Made by a program: the position numbers and the translations under genes. A model generated the notes under the pieces. That model saw only the letters and a program-made list of their open reading frames with translations. It was not told the DNA's origin and did not search any database. 64,000 nucleotides of DNA from a virus: IMG/VR virus record IMGVR_UViG_3300046007_007030; one strand, written 5' to 3'. Positions 33,683 to 43,631 of this stretch are shown here, piece after piece (positions within the stretch are counted from its first letter, which is position 1; each line of letters begins with the position of its first letter).

Positions 33683-35136
33683 TATTTCTTGTATCCCTGA
33701 TTCTTACGCATGATGCTACCAGCGGTACTCGCCCACTTGCTGCCCTTCATCTTAGATGCGGGCCACGGCTTCTCGGACTCGCGTGGCTGATTGTACTTGC
33801 CCTTCGTGATCTTTCCCTTATAAGACTTCATCAGCTTATTTAGCTCTTCACGATCCATCTTCTCAAAGATGGCCTTGTGCTCTTCAGAGAGGCTGTCATA
33901 CAGCTCGATCTCTTCAGAAGTGTACTCGATCTCTTCTCTCTTCAGAGCCAGACCTAGTCCCTTGCGGCGCTTCAATCTGATCTTAGCGGCCTTCTGATGA
34001 GCTTCACTGTCAGAGTCCGTGTGACGCATCATGTGACCAGCCATCGTCTCTTGGCTGGATGAGCGCGCTACATACTTGTCTTTGAGTTTCTGAGAGATCT
34101 CGTCGATCTGCTCGATCTCTTCGTTAGTGGCCTTGACTTTAGGCTTCCTGCCGAGTTCGTCAGAACCGATGATCTTCTTAAGTGCTAGCTTTACGCCAGC
34201 CCTTCTCTTTTCGCCCTTGACTGGATCTCTGCGCTCTGGCTTGGCGCCCTGAACGTAGCGCTGAAGCTTGTCTTTAGTAGATTCATCTAGTTCGGCTTCT
34301 TCTTTTCTGGTCTGAACTCGCTTGCCGTCTTTATTCAAACGAACGCCCTTCTTCCAGTCTTCTTTGGAGACGGCATTCGATCCGTGCATCTCTTTGTGAG
34401 CGTACCAGCCGTCGTCGTTCTCAGCTTCTTCCTTACGCAGCTTCGGGCCAGCGAGAGTAATCTTCGGCTTCTTGGACGGGATGCTCTTCTTAGAGAGGAC
34501 GTGGTAGAAATTGGAGTGACTCTTCCCCATGTGATCGGCGTGATCTGCGCGCTCGATAGGCTTCAGCGAGGCGAGGTGTTGTAGCGCCTTGTTGGCGTGT
34601 ACACGAGGAATGTCGTGCTTAGTGTTATCTTTGAAGTGCACCTCGACGTGATTAGGATGAGTCAGCTTAGACAGCTGATCTTGAAGGTGAAGCGTATCAG
34701 CTTCTTCACCTGGCTTCAGCTTCTTTGGACGGCCCGCTTTCTTCGCCTCAGTCATGAACTGGTTGAATGTCTTGTCTGTCATCTTCTCAGTTTCCTCGTA
34801 GTGTGGTCTTTCCATCTGCGGAGTCGAGCGGTACTGCCCTCCTCTGACGGGAGCCGGGTGTTGCAAGTGCTTAGGTCTCTTATTAGACCTGGAAGCGAAC
34901 GTCTGTCTCATGCTTTTCGGCAGCATGTCTTCCTTGTGCTTCTTCTCGAGGTCGATCTCTGAGACCTGCTCAGAGAACTTACTCCTCAAGCGATAGCCGA
35001 AGCCTAGCGGCTGAGTAGGACCCTCGATGGCAGAAGATGGCTTAGCACGCTTCAGACCCTCGGGTTCAGGGAACTGCTTCCGCTCCTTGTTGCCAAAGAT
35101 TATATTGGCTGCCGCTTTCTTAGGGATTTTCGCCAC
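33682..35136 (-). CDS. Putative internal head (poly)protein, very basic
   Basis: Basic segments separated by EEAELDE/EEIEQIDE motifs. Confidence 0.6.
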   Translation of the reverse strand: MAKIPKKAAANIIFGNKERKQFPEPEGLKRAKPSSAIEGPTQPLGFGYRLRSKFSEQVSEIDLEKKHKEDMLPKSMRQTFASRSNKRPKHLQHPAPVRGGQYRSTPQMERPHYEETEKMTDKTFNQFMTEAKKAGRPKKLKPGEEADTLHLQDQLSKLTHPNHVEVHFKDNTKHDIPRVHANKALQHLASLKPIERADHADHMGKSHSNFYHVLSKKSIPSKKPKITLAGPKLRKEEAENDDGWYAHKEMHGSNAVSKEDWKKGVRLNKDGKRVQTRKEEAELDESTKDKLQRYVQGAKPERRDPVKGEKRRAGVKLALKKIIGSDELGRKPKVKATNEEIEQIDEISQKLKDKYVARSSSQETMAGHMMRHTDSDSEAHQKAAKIRLKRRKGLGLALKREEIEYTSEEIELYDSLSEEHKAIFEKMDREELNKLMKSYKGKITKGKYNQPRESEKPWPASKMKGSKWASTAGSIMRKNQGYKK

Positions 35137-36544
35137 GACGCTTCTTGCTGTAATAGATTGCCAGAGACTGCTTGATCTTCTGCTTCTTACCCTTGGCAGT
35201 CAGCTTCTCGGGGTGCTCCATCTCCTTGCTGATGAACTCACCGGCGGTGCCCTCGTTGATCTCGCCGTACTTCTCCACGAAGGCGGCGATGGCAGCGGCG
35301 TGAGCCTCAGAGACGAGATACGAAGTACCGTCTACGTCGATCTCAAACGACTGTCTGAGAGGATTAGTTCCGGCCGGGGCCTTGACTTTAGGACGAGCAG
35401 GCTGGACGTAGGTCTTAGCGGTCTTGACACCGAGACCTGATATCGCCTGTAGCTTCTTAGCCTCTGGACCGACTGCTCCTTTGTCTAACTTTCGCTGAGC
35501 TTCGCGACGCTGCGCAGCGGAGTACTTAGGTTGAGCAGGAGCTGCCTGCTTCTTCTGTGCAGGAGCTGCCTGCTTCTGCTGTGCAGGAGCGACAGCAGGC
35601 TTAAGCTTCGGCTTCGGTGGTGCAATATTAGATCCGGCTGGCGGATCACCGGAAGTCGGCACGATCTTTACACCGGCATCTCTTGGTTCAGTCTGCGACT
35701 TATTTGGTCCAGGCTGCTGAGCTGCTGGTCTCTTATCCGTAATATTGCCGTCCATCTGAGCTTTGAGTGTAGGACTCATCTGCGGCTTACTCTTAATTTT
35801 GACGTCAGGCGCCATCTGCTGCTTACTACCCGATTTATTAGTAGTATTGAACGCAGTCGCAGCTGCTTTCTTAGCTGCCTGATCTGCCGCCAACTTGTTC
35901 GCTCCAGGCTGAGGCCTAGGAGCGATGTCACCGGATGCTGTGCGAGCTTTCAGGTTAGTCGTCGAAGGGCTATTAACGGCCGAACCAAAGCGACCTTGGA
36001 ATCCAGCGGTGCCGCGATTAGGCGTCTGGGCAGCAGGAGCTGCAACTGGCTTCCTATTAAGCATTCCTGCATTAGCGCCGCTAGTTCCTTGACCTACCAT
36101 AGGAGACTTAAGTCTTTGAACTGCATTGGCAGTCTGCGCTTTATTCTGAGCGGCGTAGCCTTGTTGGATAGCTTGAGCTCTGGTCTCTTCTTTGACGTCG
36201 TCGGAAGAGCAGTCTTCGCAGTCGCAGTCGTCTTCGTGCTCTTCTTCCTTGGCCTTGGCTTCTTCGATCTCGAGGTGCTCATTGTACTCTACGTACTTGT
36301 TGAGATCCTCAGGCGCCTGCTGGTCAGAGAGGCGGGCCTTGGCGTGATCGACGTCTCCGTTGAACATCTTCTCGTAGTCTTTAGTCTCGGAGTCTTTCTG
36401 GACGAGGTGCTTCATGCCCGAGTCCTTGATAGTGTGAAGGTCCGCGCGAAAGTTCTTCGCGTCCTTCGTCATGCCATCGGCGGTCTTCTCTTTGGCACCC
36501 TCGGTCACTACGCTCCTGATGCTTTCCATTAAAGATTTAGACAT
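35120..36544 (-). CDS. Putative internal head/core protein with a Pro/Ala/Gln-rich disordered insert
   Basis: Head operon; low complexity; APAQ(Q/K)KQ repeats. Confidence 0.55.
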   Translation of the reverse strand: MSKSLMESIRSVVTEGAKEKTADGMTKDAKNFRADLHTIKDSGMKHLVQKDSETKDYEKMFNGDVDHAKARLSDQQAPEDLNKYVEYNEHLEIEEAKAKEEEHEDDCDCEDCSSDDVKEETRAQAIQQGYAAQNKAQTANAVQRLKSPMVGQGTSGANAGMLNRKPVAAPAAQTPNRGTAGFQGRFGSAVNSPSTTNLKARTASGDIAPRPQPGANKLAADQAAKKAAATAFNTTNKSGSKQQMAPDVKIKSKPQMSPTLKAQMDGNITDKRPAAQQPGPNKSQTEPRDAGVKIVPTSGDPPAGSNIAPPKPKLKPAVAPAQQKQAAPAQKKQAAPAQPKYSAAQRREAQRKLDKGAVGPEAKKLQAISGLGVKTAKTYVQPARPKVKAPAGTNPLRQSFEIDVDGTSYLVSEAHAAAIAAFVEKYGEINEGTAGEFISKEMEHPEKLTAKGKKQKIKQSLAIYYSKKRRGENP

Positions 36545-36884
36545 CTTCGTCTCCGCTCTGCTCTGTTGGTTCTTCTTCTGCCGTGAGGTCTTCTAACTCG
36601 TCGAACAGCTCGTCGGTGTCCGTCAGGTAGTCGTCGTCTTCTGGAATATCGTACTCTACTTCGTCGCTCTCAGTAGGATCTAGTTCATAAGAACCGTCCT
36701 CTGCGTCGTCGCCGGCGTAGTTGCCGTAGATCGACTGGGCCACGTCGATCTTCATACTCTGTATGGCATCCATGGCCCTCGCGCTCATCATCGAGTCTAC
36801 AGCAGCCTTCACTCCGAGTGCGTTGCCCTCCAGTGAGTGAGCAAGCAGGCTGGTCATCGTGTCGTCATTATCATTATCCATCAA
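36537..36884 (-). CDS. Acidic prohead core protein (gp67-like)
   Basis: Directly after the portal gene, highly acidic C-terminus; TATAAATA at 36893-36900. Confidence 0.65.
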   Translation of the reverse strand: MMDNDNDDTMTSLLAHSLEGNALGVKAAVDSMMSARAMDAIQSMKIDVAQSIYGNYAGDDAEDGSYELDPTESDEVEYDIPEDDDYLTDTDELFDELEDLTAEEEPTEQSGDEDV

Positions 36885-36908
36885 TCTTCTCCTATTTATA
36901 AAACTAAA

Positions 36909-38543
36909 TTAGCCAGTCTTAGGCTGCTTCGGCGGAATAGGAGGAACTTGTCCTCCCTGAGACACATTATCTGTAGGCAATGGATTACCTTGCTCGTCTG
37001 TCTGACCTTGATCTAGTTCTTGTGACATGCCGTCTGGGCCTGCCTCAGGCATCGGCGGATTGAAGATCGGGTCGTTCTGCTCTTCGAGGATCTTTGCGCG
37101 CTGCTCATCGATCTCGTCGTCGGTCATGCGAAGCACGTTCTCTTGTACCCAGTGGTTCGAGTAGAATGTGCCGATGTAAGGCTGCACACTCTGCAGAGTA
37201 GTGACTCGGCTGTTGATGAGCTCGGCTTCCTTGAGCTCGGTGTAGTAGTTGTCTCTGTTGTAGTCGAACCTGAGCTTCTGAGCGATTAGAGTCCAGTCAT
37301 CCGGAGTGACTATGCTCTTCAGGATGAGCTGCTTCTCCAGAGCCTTCAAGAACAGGGCCGAGAACTTCAAGCGCAGGCGATCGATGAACTTCGAGAACTT
37401 GACTTCGTCTCTGGTGATCTCTGCGGACCTGCCTAGGTTGAAGCCACCCTCGTTCTCCATACGCGCGAATGGTACGTTCAGAGCCTTGAACATCTTCTTC
37501 TGGAAGTAGCGAACGTCTTCGATCTCTCCGAGGTTCTGACCCGCTGGAAGAGTGGTGATCTCAGTACCCTTGCCGCCTTCGCGACGTGGCAACCAGAAGT
37601 CTTCGAGCATCGTCATGAACTTGCGATCGTCTCTGATCTCGCCAGTCGAGGCATCGTAGACCAGCTTATTCTTGAAGCGAGTCATCACGTCCTTGAGGTA
37701 CTGCTCCGCCTTCATCTTCGGCAGGTTACCCACGTCGATGTAGAACACTCGACGCTCAGGAGCTCGGCTGATCCTGTAGATCACCGTGGCGTCCTCGAGA
37801 GCCTTGAGCTGGTTCAATACCTTGATTGCCTTGTGGAGGTGTGAGAGCATCATGGTATTGTGCTTATCCATCATACCCGATGGAACCATGACGATCGAGT
37901 CCTTGGCGATCTTGAAGCCGGTCACGCCAGAGGCGCCGAAGTTACCGGTGTTCATGAAGCCACGCTCGTTGAACATGTAGAACTCGATCTCTTGCTTCAC
38001 GATCTGAGCGAGTGATCCCTGGTCCTTGACCTTCTGGACCTGCTTGATCTTGCGGATCTTGCGAGAGTCGATGTATCTGAGCTCTTTGATACCCTCCTCT
38101 GGCTTAGTGACGTCGATGATGACCTGGAAGAACAGGCGGCCATCGATGTACCAGCGGCGGAAGATGTCGTATCCGAGCTTATTGAATTCTAGTAGGTCGA
38201 TGATGTACTCGAACTCTTGACGAATCAACTTCTTGATCTTGTCCGGTTGCTCGAGGTCGTCGAGGTTGATGCTGACGATCGGCTCTTTTGGATCGTATAC
38301 GATGGCCTCGTTGACGATGTCGTCGATGGCCGCGTCGACTTCCGGAAACTCCGCCATCACCCTGTACTTGGTGACTAGCTCGGCCTCGGTGCGGACGGCA
38401 CCGTCCAGGTCCACATACGTACCGTATGCCCCTCCACCCTGAATGACTACCGCGCCGTCGTCGCTCTCTTTGGCGATGATCGTCGGGGTAGTATTAGCGT
38501 CGAGAGGCTTCTTACGGATCTCAAATCCAAAGAACTCTGCCAT
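36909..38543 (-). CDS. gp20: Portal protein
   Basis: YRISRAPERRVFYIDVGNLP, EDFWLPRREGGKGTEITTLP. Confidence 0.98.
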   Translation of the reverse strand: MAEFFGFEIRKKPLDANTTPTIIAKESDDGAVVIQGGGAYGTYVDLDGAVRTEAELVTKYRVMAEFPEVDAAIDDIVNEAIVYDPKEPIVSINLDDLEQPDKIKKLIRQEFEYIIDLLEFNKLGYDIFRRWYIDGRLFFQVIIDVTKPEEGIKELRYIDSRKIRKIKQVQKVKDQGSLAQIVKQEIEFYMFNERGFMNTGNFGASGVTGFKIAKDSIVMVPSGMMDKHNTMMLSHLHKAIKVLNQLKALEDATVIYRISRAPERRVFYIDVGNLPKMKAEQYLKDVMTRFKNKLVYDASTGEIRDDRKFMTMLEDFWLPRREGGKGTEITTLPAGQNLGEIEDVRYFQKKMFKALNVPFARMENEGGFNLGRSAEITRDEVKFSKFIDRLRLKFSALFLKALEKQLILKSIVTPDDWTLIAQKLRFDYNRDNYYTELKEAELINSRVTTLQSVQPYIGTFYSNHWVQENVLRMTDDEIDEQRAKILEEQNDPIFNPPMPEAGPDGMSQELDQGQTDEQGNPLPTDNVSQGGQVPPIPPKQPKTG

Positions 38544-38596
38544 TTTATCTCCAGTATATTATGGGGAGAGCGTTAGCCCTCCCCTGTTCACTTCAA

Positions 38597-39160
38597 TTAG
38601 CGCTGTAGAGACGAAGAGACGGTCTCGTCGAAGGCCACGCCAGGAGCGCGGGTAGTATCGACGGCCCAGTAGTCGTACTGGAAGGTGACCGAGAATTCTT
38701 CGATAGCGTCAGTCGACGACCAGTCGAGAGGGATCTCGCCAATGGCCGTCGGGAAGATGTTGTGGAACTTATACGCGCGAATCGGGGAACCAGTCTTTGA
38801 GTACTGGGTTACCACAGCGTCGGCCGTATAAGTCTGAATGCTCCTCAGGTTGGCCCTGAGGTTGCTGATAGAGTTAGACCACTTCTCGAGCGAGTTACGG
38901 AGAGCGAAGTCCTCATCGTTGATGATGGTGACAGTCCAATCCGGAAACACGCGGTCGCCAGGGACCTTGATGAAGCGGCCGAAGTATGGTACGTTGATGA
39001 ACCCGATCTGGGAAGCCGGGAGCTGAGCAGACCTCACGAAGAAGCTGCTCTTTGCGCCGAAGGATCCGTCGACGGGGCTAGAAATCTGGACCTCGAAGAG
39101 GTTGTTCCTAGCGCCGTCGAACTTTAGACGAGCTCTGAAGTCGTTGATGTTGAAAGCCAT
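38597..39160 (-). CDS. gp19: Tail tube protein
   Basis: GARNNLFEV, PGDRVF..WTVT..NDEDF, IEEFSVTFQYDYW. Confidence 0.96.
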   Translation of the reverse strand: MAFNINDFRARLKFDGARNNLFEVQISSPVDGSFGAKSSFFVRSAQLPASQIGFINVPYFGRFIKVPGDRVFPDWTVTIINDEDFALRNSLEKWSNSISNLRANLRSIQTYTADAVVTQYSKTGSPIRAYKFHNIFPTAIGEIPLDWSSTDAIEEFSVTFQYDYWAVDTTRAPGVAFDETVSSSLQR

Positions 39161-39191
39161 GTTAGTCTTTCTCCTATGAGCTTATCTCTAT

Positions 39192-41534
39192 TTACTGTCT
39201 CAGGCCGATGATCTCGTTGAACGCGACACCTGTCCTGACAGCGATGAAGTTCAGCTGGATGAAGTTGATCGACCTAGCTGGCTTGATGTAGATGTCACCG
39301 ACGAACTCGTTGCGATCGATGATCTCCGGGGTGTTATTGGTCTCGTCGCAGACGACCTTGAAGTCGAAGATACCACGACGACCCTGGACGTCTCTGAGGT
39401 ACGGCTCGACCAAGTTCCTGAACTGCGTTCTGGTGAACGCGTCGTTGAACTCGAAGAGGGTGTACTTAGCGGCCAGCGAGATGGCCTTCTCGAGGACGAT
39501 GAAGAGCCTGCGGACGTTGATGCGATCGAAGGCCGACGGCTTACCGAGTACGGTCTTGTCTCCGTAGAGGAGAGTACCTGCACCCTGGATATTGATGACC
39601 GGGTTGACGTCGCTCTTGTAGAGGCTGTCACGCTCGGCCTGCGAAGGATTGTAGGCCAGCTTGACGACGTTCTTGATGATGCCGCGGTTGTAACCGGCTG
39701 GAGAGAACCACGGGTCGTTGGTGTCGTCAGTGCGAGCGCAGAGACCAGCGATGTCACCGTTCAGAGGCACCCAGCGATACACGTCGTTGTAGCGATCGTA
39801 CATGTACTTGTATCCAGAGTCGATGACTCCGTAAGAACTGCTAGTGATAGCGTTCCTGAATGCCACGACGTCGTCTACTTCCTGGTAGATGTTGTTGATG
39901 ACGGCATCGTAGTTAGGAGACAAGAATGCGACGCAGTCCTTACGGTGCTCGCAGATGTTATCGATGATGTAGTTACCGAGCTGCTGACCACGATCTCCAC
40001 CGCGAGCCTTGCCCTGGAGGACCAGGCTGATGTCTGCCTCGTTGGAGTTCATGAACTGGTCGTATGCGTCGTAGAGTACTGCCTCCTCGACGAAGTCTTC
40101 GTCTAGACCGTCTTTGCCGCCGACGAAGATGTAGGTAGCAGCCTCGGTATTAGTAGAAGAAGCTATCCCAGTAGCATTATTCGATGGAGCGTTGTCTTCG
40201 TCGTTGGCCCACCATACGTACTGAGACCCGTTATTGATCGCGTCCTTGTAGTAGATAGACGATCCCTGTTCGTCTTTTGCTTCTTGGACACGCGACAGGT
40301 TAGCGAAGCGCTCCAGAATCGTGCCAGGTACACCACTGAAGAGACCCTTGTTGTCGACGACTACTGCGTGAAGAGCATCATTTGCAGCTCCATTGGCTGC
40401 ATTAGCATCCTGCGCAAACAGGTTGGCCAACCACTCGGACTGACCAGGAGCCTTGTCGAACGAGCCGAAGTACTCCCAGTAGCGATTGATAGAGCCTTCC
40501 GAGACCGCGGTCTTGATGCGAATCTTATTATTGACCGTCACAGTGAATCTAGCGTCAGACTTAACGATGTAAGTACCGCTATCTGCGCCAGTAGTAGCGC
40601 TGCTAATCACGATGTGAGAGGCGTTCTTAGAAGCGACAGTGGCGCCTGCCGGAATAGAAGTTCCACTGACCGAAGAACCGACTGTGATGTCCGCGATCGG
40701 TCCAGAAGTCACTTCGAGAGAAGTGGAGTTAGTCACGAAGTCGAAGGAGAATGTGGCATTGTAGAACGCAGGAGTTAAGGTGCTCTTCGCGACGACGCGG
40801 AGCATCTGCTTACCCACTACATTATTACCTACCTCGATGAGATCGCCGACCGTCAGATCGGTGTGAAGACTGCTTCCACGAGTGTTAGCCGCAGTGACGT
40901 GAGTCGCATTGGCGTAGTCAACTGGAACTACTTTGATGCTCAGAGTATTGCTGCCAATGGAGCTAGTCATGAGAGAAGCAGCTGAGTTAATAGTCGTAGT
41001 GTTCGAAGCCAGTACGAGCGACTTATACCAGGCATCAGAGCTGTCGCAGACCGAGATCTTGAGAGAGTTGCCCATGGCACCTGGATACTTGGCGATCCAC
41101 TTAAGGTCGGTGTCTGCATCGAAGTCGCCGTTAGCGGTCTTGGCGATGTAGTCCTTCTCATTCAAGACGTTGCGAACGAAGAGGAGGGTACTGTCTAGGT
41201 TTTCAGCGTCGTCATCGACGATAGCTATGGCCGACAGTGTGGCATTGGTGCTATTGGCCGCGCCGTCACCGGTAGTGTTAGCGGCGCGGCTGACGTAGAG
41301 CCTGTTGCCATATGCCAGGAAGCTGGCAGCGGTGAAGAAGGTCTCTGCATTCAAAGAAGTAGGCTTACCGAAGCGAGTGACGAGCTTCTGCTCGTTGTCC
41401 ACTAGGACTCGTTCAGCGATCGGACCCCAACGGAAGACGCCGCCGATAGCACCCTCAGAGGTAGCAACGGCAGGGACGATAGTCGTTAGGTCGATCTCAG
41501 TTACATTTACACCTGGACTGAGTTGAGTTGGCAT
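39192..41534 (-). CDS. gp18: Tail sheath protein
   Basis: LSPGVNVTEIDLT, PWFSPAGYNRG, FDRINVRRLF, YIKPARSINFI. Confidence 0.97.
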   Translation of the reverse strand: MPTQLSPGVNVTEIDLTTIVPAVATSEGAIGGVFRWGPIAERVLVDNEQKLVTRFGKPTSLNAETFFTAASFLAYGNRLYVSRAANTTGDGAANSTNATLSAIAIVDDDAENLDSTLLFVRNVLNEKDYIAKTANGDFDADTDLKWIAKYPGAMGNSLKISVCDSSDAWYKSLVLASNTTTINSAASLMTSSIGSNTLSIKVVPVDYANATHVTAANTRGSSLHTDLTVGDLIEVGNNVVGKQMLRVVAKSTLTPAFYNATFSFDFVTNSTSLEVTSGPIADITVGSSVSGTSIPAGATVASKNASHIVISSATTGADSGTYIVKSDARFTVTVNNKIRIKTAVSEGSINRYWEYFGSFDKAPGQSEWLANLFAQDANAANGAANDALHAVVVDNKGLFSGVPGTILERFANLSRVQEAKDEQGSSIYYKDAINNGSQYVWWANDEDNAPSNNATGIASSTNTEAATYIFVGGKDGLDEDFVEEAVLYDAYDQFMNSNEADISLVLQGKARGGDRGQQLGNYIIDNICEHRKDCVAFLSPNYDAVINNIYQEVDDVVAFRNAITSSSYGVIDSGYKYMYDRYNDVYRWVPLNGDIAGLCARTDDTNDPWFSPAGYNRGIIKNVVKLAYNPSQAERDSLYKSDVNPVINIQGAGTLLYGDKTVLGKPSAFDRINVRRLFIVLEKAISLAAKYTLFEFNDAFTRTQFRNLVEPYLRDVQGRRGIFDFKVVCDETNNTPEIIDRNEFVGDIYIKPARSINFIQLNFIAVRTGVAFNEIIGLRQ

Positions 41535-41578
41535 TATTTGTCTCCCTCTGGGAACGGTTAGTCAGATCGGATCTGAAC

Positions 41579-41586
41579 TATTTATA
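41579..41586 (-). promoter_or_regulatory. Late promoter
   Basis: TATAAATA upstream of gp18. Confidence 0.75.
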
Positions 41587-41601
41587 TTTTTCTCATTTTT
41601 G

Positions 41602-43224
41602 TTAGTTCGGCCAGTTCGTATTGACGTATATAGTGTCGACTATTTCCTCATTAGGAACAGTCTCCTCGTGACCGGTATTTATGAATCCGAAGGGCGTGAG
41701 CTCCTCCTCGATCATGCGAGCGTTCTCGTCGTATACCCCTCGCCTGAAGTCCACGTTAGTCATCTCCTTGTAGTAGGTCTGAGCGGTCAACCAGGCGAAT
41801 AGGACGCAGCACATGACCAAGTCGTCATGACCTTCCTCGGCCTCGTAGGACTTGCCGTTCAAACTGAATCTGGACATCTCTTGAATCAGCTGGTAGTCAT
41901 TGACTATCAGCCTGTCTTGCTCGACCATAGTCTTCAGATTGACGCAGCCGATGGCCTTGACCACCTTGTCGGTCCTGACACCTTGCCTAGTCTTGGTCTG
42001 ACCGGCGAAACCACCGGTGAGCTGTATGCGCTTCTTTATCTGAGCCGTCGTCAAGATTCCGTCATATTCTAGGTCGTAGTGCAGGATGTCCACGATCTGC
42101 TGTCCGGCGTCGTTGACTTCCACGAGGATGCCGGCCCTGTTGTAGTTCATGGCCGCCTCGATGATATACTTAGGATACGCCAGGACTGGTACCTTGTTGT
42201 CGCGGAACGTGGCAACTACCTCGTAGGGCATCTGAGTCACATCGAATACCACGAAGGCCGAGTAGTCTAGGCCGGCGCCGTGGCTGACGTCCACCACGGT
42301 CACATACTGGTGACCAGGCATAGGCCTCTTGTACATCTTGAACGAGGGCGAGGACTCTATCGGCAGCGCATACGACAGGGCCGCCAGCTTATTCGGATCG
42401 ATCAGGGTGGCAGAAGATCCTAGGAATTCGCACCCAAATTCTACTCTAAATTGATCTGGCGAGGTGTTGCGGATCTGCTGCTCGGCCCACTTCTCGTCTC
42501 TGCCAGGCACGTCTGACCAGTGAACCGAGATGCGAGTGTAGTCGTTATGACCGCGCTCTGAGTCGGTCCATATCTTATAGAACATGTTAAGGCCGTTCGG
42601 AGTCGAGGTGATCACGACCTTAGTAGTCGTACCGGACGAGATCGTCGGGTAGACCGAGCTGAAGAACTCTTCTTGAATGTGGCTCGGTACGAACGCGAAC
42701 TCGTCGAGGTAGATGAGGTTCTGAGAAGTACCACGGATAGCGCTCGACGAGGTGGCGGCCGCTAGAACCTTGGATCCATTCTCCAGCTCGATGTTACCCT
42801 TATTCCACTCCACCACTCCCTGCTGTAACCACTTCGGCAGGGCCTCGTAGGACCGCTGGATACGGGACAGGATCTCTCGAGCCTGGGCCATCTTGTTGGC
42901 CAGGATGGCTACCGAGTAGTTCTCCTTGAAGAGGATACACCAGAGGATGAAGGCAGCGGCCGTGGTCGTCTTACCGACCTGACGAGGCATCTTCGCGATG
43001 GTGAATCTGTCATTGACGAAGGAGTCCACCATCTCTTCTTGGAATGGCCAGAGCTCAAATGGTATGAATCCGCGGTCGACGTTAACGATCTTAATGTAGC
43101 TCTTGATGAAGTACGTGTGATCAGCAGCACACTTCAGCCACTCGTCGATCTGTTCTTTCGTATAGGGCATCGGCACCCCGGCTCGCTTGAGCCGAGGGTT
43201 GCCTAAGTACGCGGGTAGCTTCAC
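41602..43224 (-). CDS. gp17: Terminase large subunit
   Basis: YLGNP.LK, PRQVGKTT, YLDEFAF, STPNG, DYSAF, HDDLVM. Confidence 0.97.
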   Translation of the reverse strand: MKLPAYLGNPRLKRAGVPMPYTKEQIDEWLKCAADHTYFIKSYIKIVNVDRGFIPFELWPFQEEMVDSFVNDRFTIAKMPRQVGKTTTAAAFILWCILFKENYSVAILANKMAQAREILSRIQRSYEALPKWLQQGVVEWNKGNIELENGSKVLAAATSSSAIRGTSQNLIYLDEFAFVPSHIQEEFFSSVYPTISSGTTTKVVITSTPNGLNMFYKIWTDSERGHNDYTRISVHWSDVPGRDEKWAEQQIRNTSPDQFRVEFGCEFLGSSATLIDPNKLAALSYALPIESSPSFKMYKRPMPGHQYVTVVDVSHGAGLDYSAFVVFDVTQMPYEVVATFRDNKVPVLAYPKYIIEAAMNYNRAGILVEVNDAGQQIVDILHYDLEYDGILTTAQIKKRIQLTGGFAGQTKTRQGVRTDKVVKAIGCVNLKTMVEQDRLIVNDYQLIQEMSRFSLNGKSYEAEEGHDDLVMCCVLFAWLTAQTYYKEMTNVDFRRGVYDENARMIEEELTPFGFINTGHEETVPNEEIVDTIYVNTNWPN

Positions 43225-43631
43225 TCTTCACTCTTCTTCTGTAGCATGGCCTGGAGCTCAGCCGTGGAGCCCACGAACAGGTTGTTCGTGACCTGCTGCT
43301 TGGTCTCTTCTTCTTTCTTAGGCTGGAGCTCGCGCTTCTTCTTGGTGAGATCGAGGAGGTCCTTATTAGTCTCGGCCATAGTCTTGATCAGATTGGCCAC
43401 GACTTCGTAAGCCCTGGGATGCTGACTCTGGTCGGCGATGTCCATCAGTCTGGCTATGGCCTCCTGGCCCTGGCCGATGATGTCGTACATGTTCCTGCGG
43501 GCGTACTCGAAGTCGTTCTCGACTTGATCTTCCGACTGGTGAACTACTATCTCAGTCTTGGCAGGAGTAGGCTCCTGTTGGATCTCTTTCAGAGGTGTGA
43601 GATTGAGAGCATTAGCGATGGGGTCATTCAC
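43221..43631 (-). CDS. gp16: Terminase small subunit
   Basis: DFEYARRN, HPRAYEV, NNLFVGSTAELQ; start re-called at GTG 43631, overlapping the gp15 stop. Confidence 0.92.
   Translation of the reverse strand: MNDPIANALNLTPLKEIQQEPTPAKTEIVVHQSEDQVENDFEYARRNMYDIIGQGQEAIARLMDIADQSQHPRAYEVVANLIKTMAETNKDLLDLTKKKRELQPKKEEETKQQVTNNLFVGSTAELQAMLQKKSEE

Noticed and set aside
38563-38584. GC hairpin after gp19 as a terminator
   Set aside because: No U-tract on the - strand; may be a processing or stability stem, so it was not called.
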